Source: a virus (taxonomy: Duplodnaviria > Heunggongvirae > Uroviricota > Caudoviricetes). Taken from it: DNA of 64,000 nt. Below, in pieces: positions 62,927 to 64,000 of the stretch. The notes under the pieces are model-generated. The model saw nothing but the letters and a program-made list of their open reading frames with translations. It did no database searches and was not told where the DNA came from. Position 1 is the stretch's first letter. The number at the start of each line of letters is the position of its first letter. A program made the translations under genes and the position numbers. The DNA lies in IMG/VR virus record IMGVR_UViG_2778261352_000001, positions 1 through 64,000 of that record; one strand, written 5' to 3'.

Positions 62927-63508
62927 ATGGCACCTATACCTTATGGGGTTTACAGCCAGGCTGATGGTGTATCGCCATTTCTGAAAGTTACTTTAACGAA
63001 CTCTCAGTACCAGGTTACCGGATATATCAGCCAGGGGGCAGCAATGAACATGGCCCAGAATTGGGAAGCGCCGTTTACCGGTATGTCCATGGGGTCTGTT
63101 GCTGGTGCCTTCAGTGGTTTTGCGCAGGTTGGTACTGAAACAACGTCGGTGGCCCGTTGGAACAGCTTAATGGTTTGGGAGGGGGGAACACCGCCGACGT
63201 TCACGCTGCCAGTAACTTTCATCGCTTTGTTTGACCCATTCACGGAGGTTTCAGGAGCTATCGCCGCATTGTCAGCGATGATTAGCCCGGAACTTAAAGA
63301 TGCCAGTATTGGTGGTCGAATCCCGGAGCGTGTGACGCTAAACATTGGTCGCCGGATCAACATCATTGATGTCGCTATCCAGGACATAAGTTTCGATCTC
63401 GATGCGCCCAGGGACAGCAATGGGCATTTCCTGAAAAACACCGTCAACCTCCAGTTGACCGGTTCTTCGATATATAACAGCTCCGATATTGTTCGGGCGT
63501 TCCAGTAA
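62927..63508 (+). CDS. hypothetical structural protein
   Basis: 193 aa, ATG after AAGGAGGAGG. Confidence 0.45.
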   Translation: MAPIPYGVYSQADGVSPFLKVTLTNSQYQVTGYISQGAAMNMAQNWEAPFTGMSMGSVAGAFSGFAQVGTETTSVARWNSLMVWEGGTPPTFTLPVTFIALFDPFTEVSGAIAALSAMISPELKDASIGGRIPERVTLNIGRRINIIDVAIQDISFDLDAPRDSNGHFLKNTVNLQLTGSSIYNSSDIVRAFQ

Positions 63509-63519
63509 AAGGATTTTAT

Positions 63520-64000
63520 ATGGGGCACAATAACACTAAGGGAAACCGTAAATTTATTAAGGGCCGCTATACTGCCAACGCGGCCAAAGGCGAACGACTG
63601 GTATCTTCTGAATTCCAGCTCACTTTTGCAGGCTATGAAGATATCAGTGTACTTGTTCGTACGTCGCAAATCCCTGAAATGACTCGCGAGGATGTGGAGG
63701 ACTATGGTCCGAATGGTGTGAAGTTCAACCAGCACGGACCAATTCGAAACTCTGGGGAAATCCAGGTCCAGTGCGTGGAGACTATCGAAGGCGATATTCT
63801 TCAGTTCATTAAGGATCGCATTGCGGCGAAGGACTATGTTGATATCACGATGGCTGCTACCCCTGAATCCAAATCTTCCGGGGTTAACGCTGTGACAAAA
63901 GCTGCTACAACAATTGAAATGTTGGACTGCAAAATCTACAGTGATGCAATCGACTTTAGTACCGAAGATGTGACTGCCGCTGTGCGCCCGTCACTTCGTA
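63520..64000 (+). CDS. hypothetical structural protein, 3' end beyond window
   Basis: ATG 63520 after AAAAGGA; ORF runs off the window. Confidence 0.4.
   Translation, partial: MGHNNTKGNRKFIKGRYTANAAKGERLVSSEFQLTFAGYEDISVLVRTSQIPEMTREDVEDYGPNGVKFNQHGPIRNSGEIQVQCVETIEGDILQFIKDRIAAKDYVDITMAATPESKSSGVNAVTKAATTIEMLDCKIYSDAIDFSTEDVTAAVRPSLR

Overview
The window reads as a contiguous stretch of a P1-like temperate phage-plasmid from an enterobacterial host; all calls are from manual reading of the sequence and ORF track, with no database search. Recognised directly from protein or site sequence: Cre and a perfect 34-bp loxP, C1 repressor and Coi with nine copies of the 17-bp C1 operator (ATTGCTCTAATAAATTT), PacA/PacB with the intragenic pac hexamer clusters, Phd/Doc, HumD behind a LexA box, Hot (theta-like), Ref, SSB, SAR-type lysozyme, DarB (2255 aa), the DarA operon, Dmt (fused m5C/m6A methyltransferase), RdgC-like HrdC, two tRNAs, RepA flanked by 5 and 9 iterons, ParA/ParB/parS, and major head and sheath genes. 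Five late-promoter-like elements (CAAGTGACT-N5-hexamer) and several intrinsic terminators are also placed. The most unusual content is at the left end: a Cin-family serine invertase next to eight alternative tail-tip cassettes separated by eight cix-like 26-bp sites (a Min/shufflon-like multiple-inversion array). Other accessory candidates are a catalytically degenerate PacB paralogue operon, an AT-rich GNAT acetyltransferase gene where P1 (from memory) carries its res/mod genes, a predicted C1-controlled small RNA beside the tRNAs, and a low-GC three-gene membrane module.
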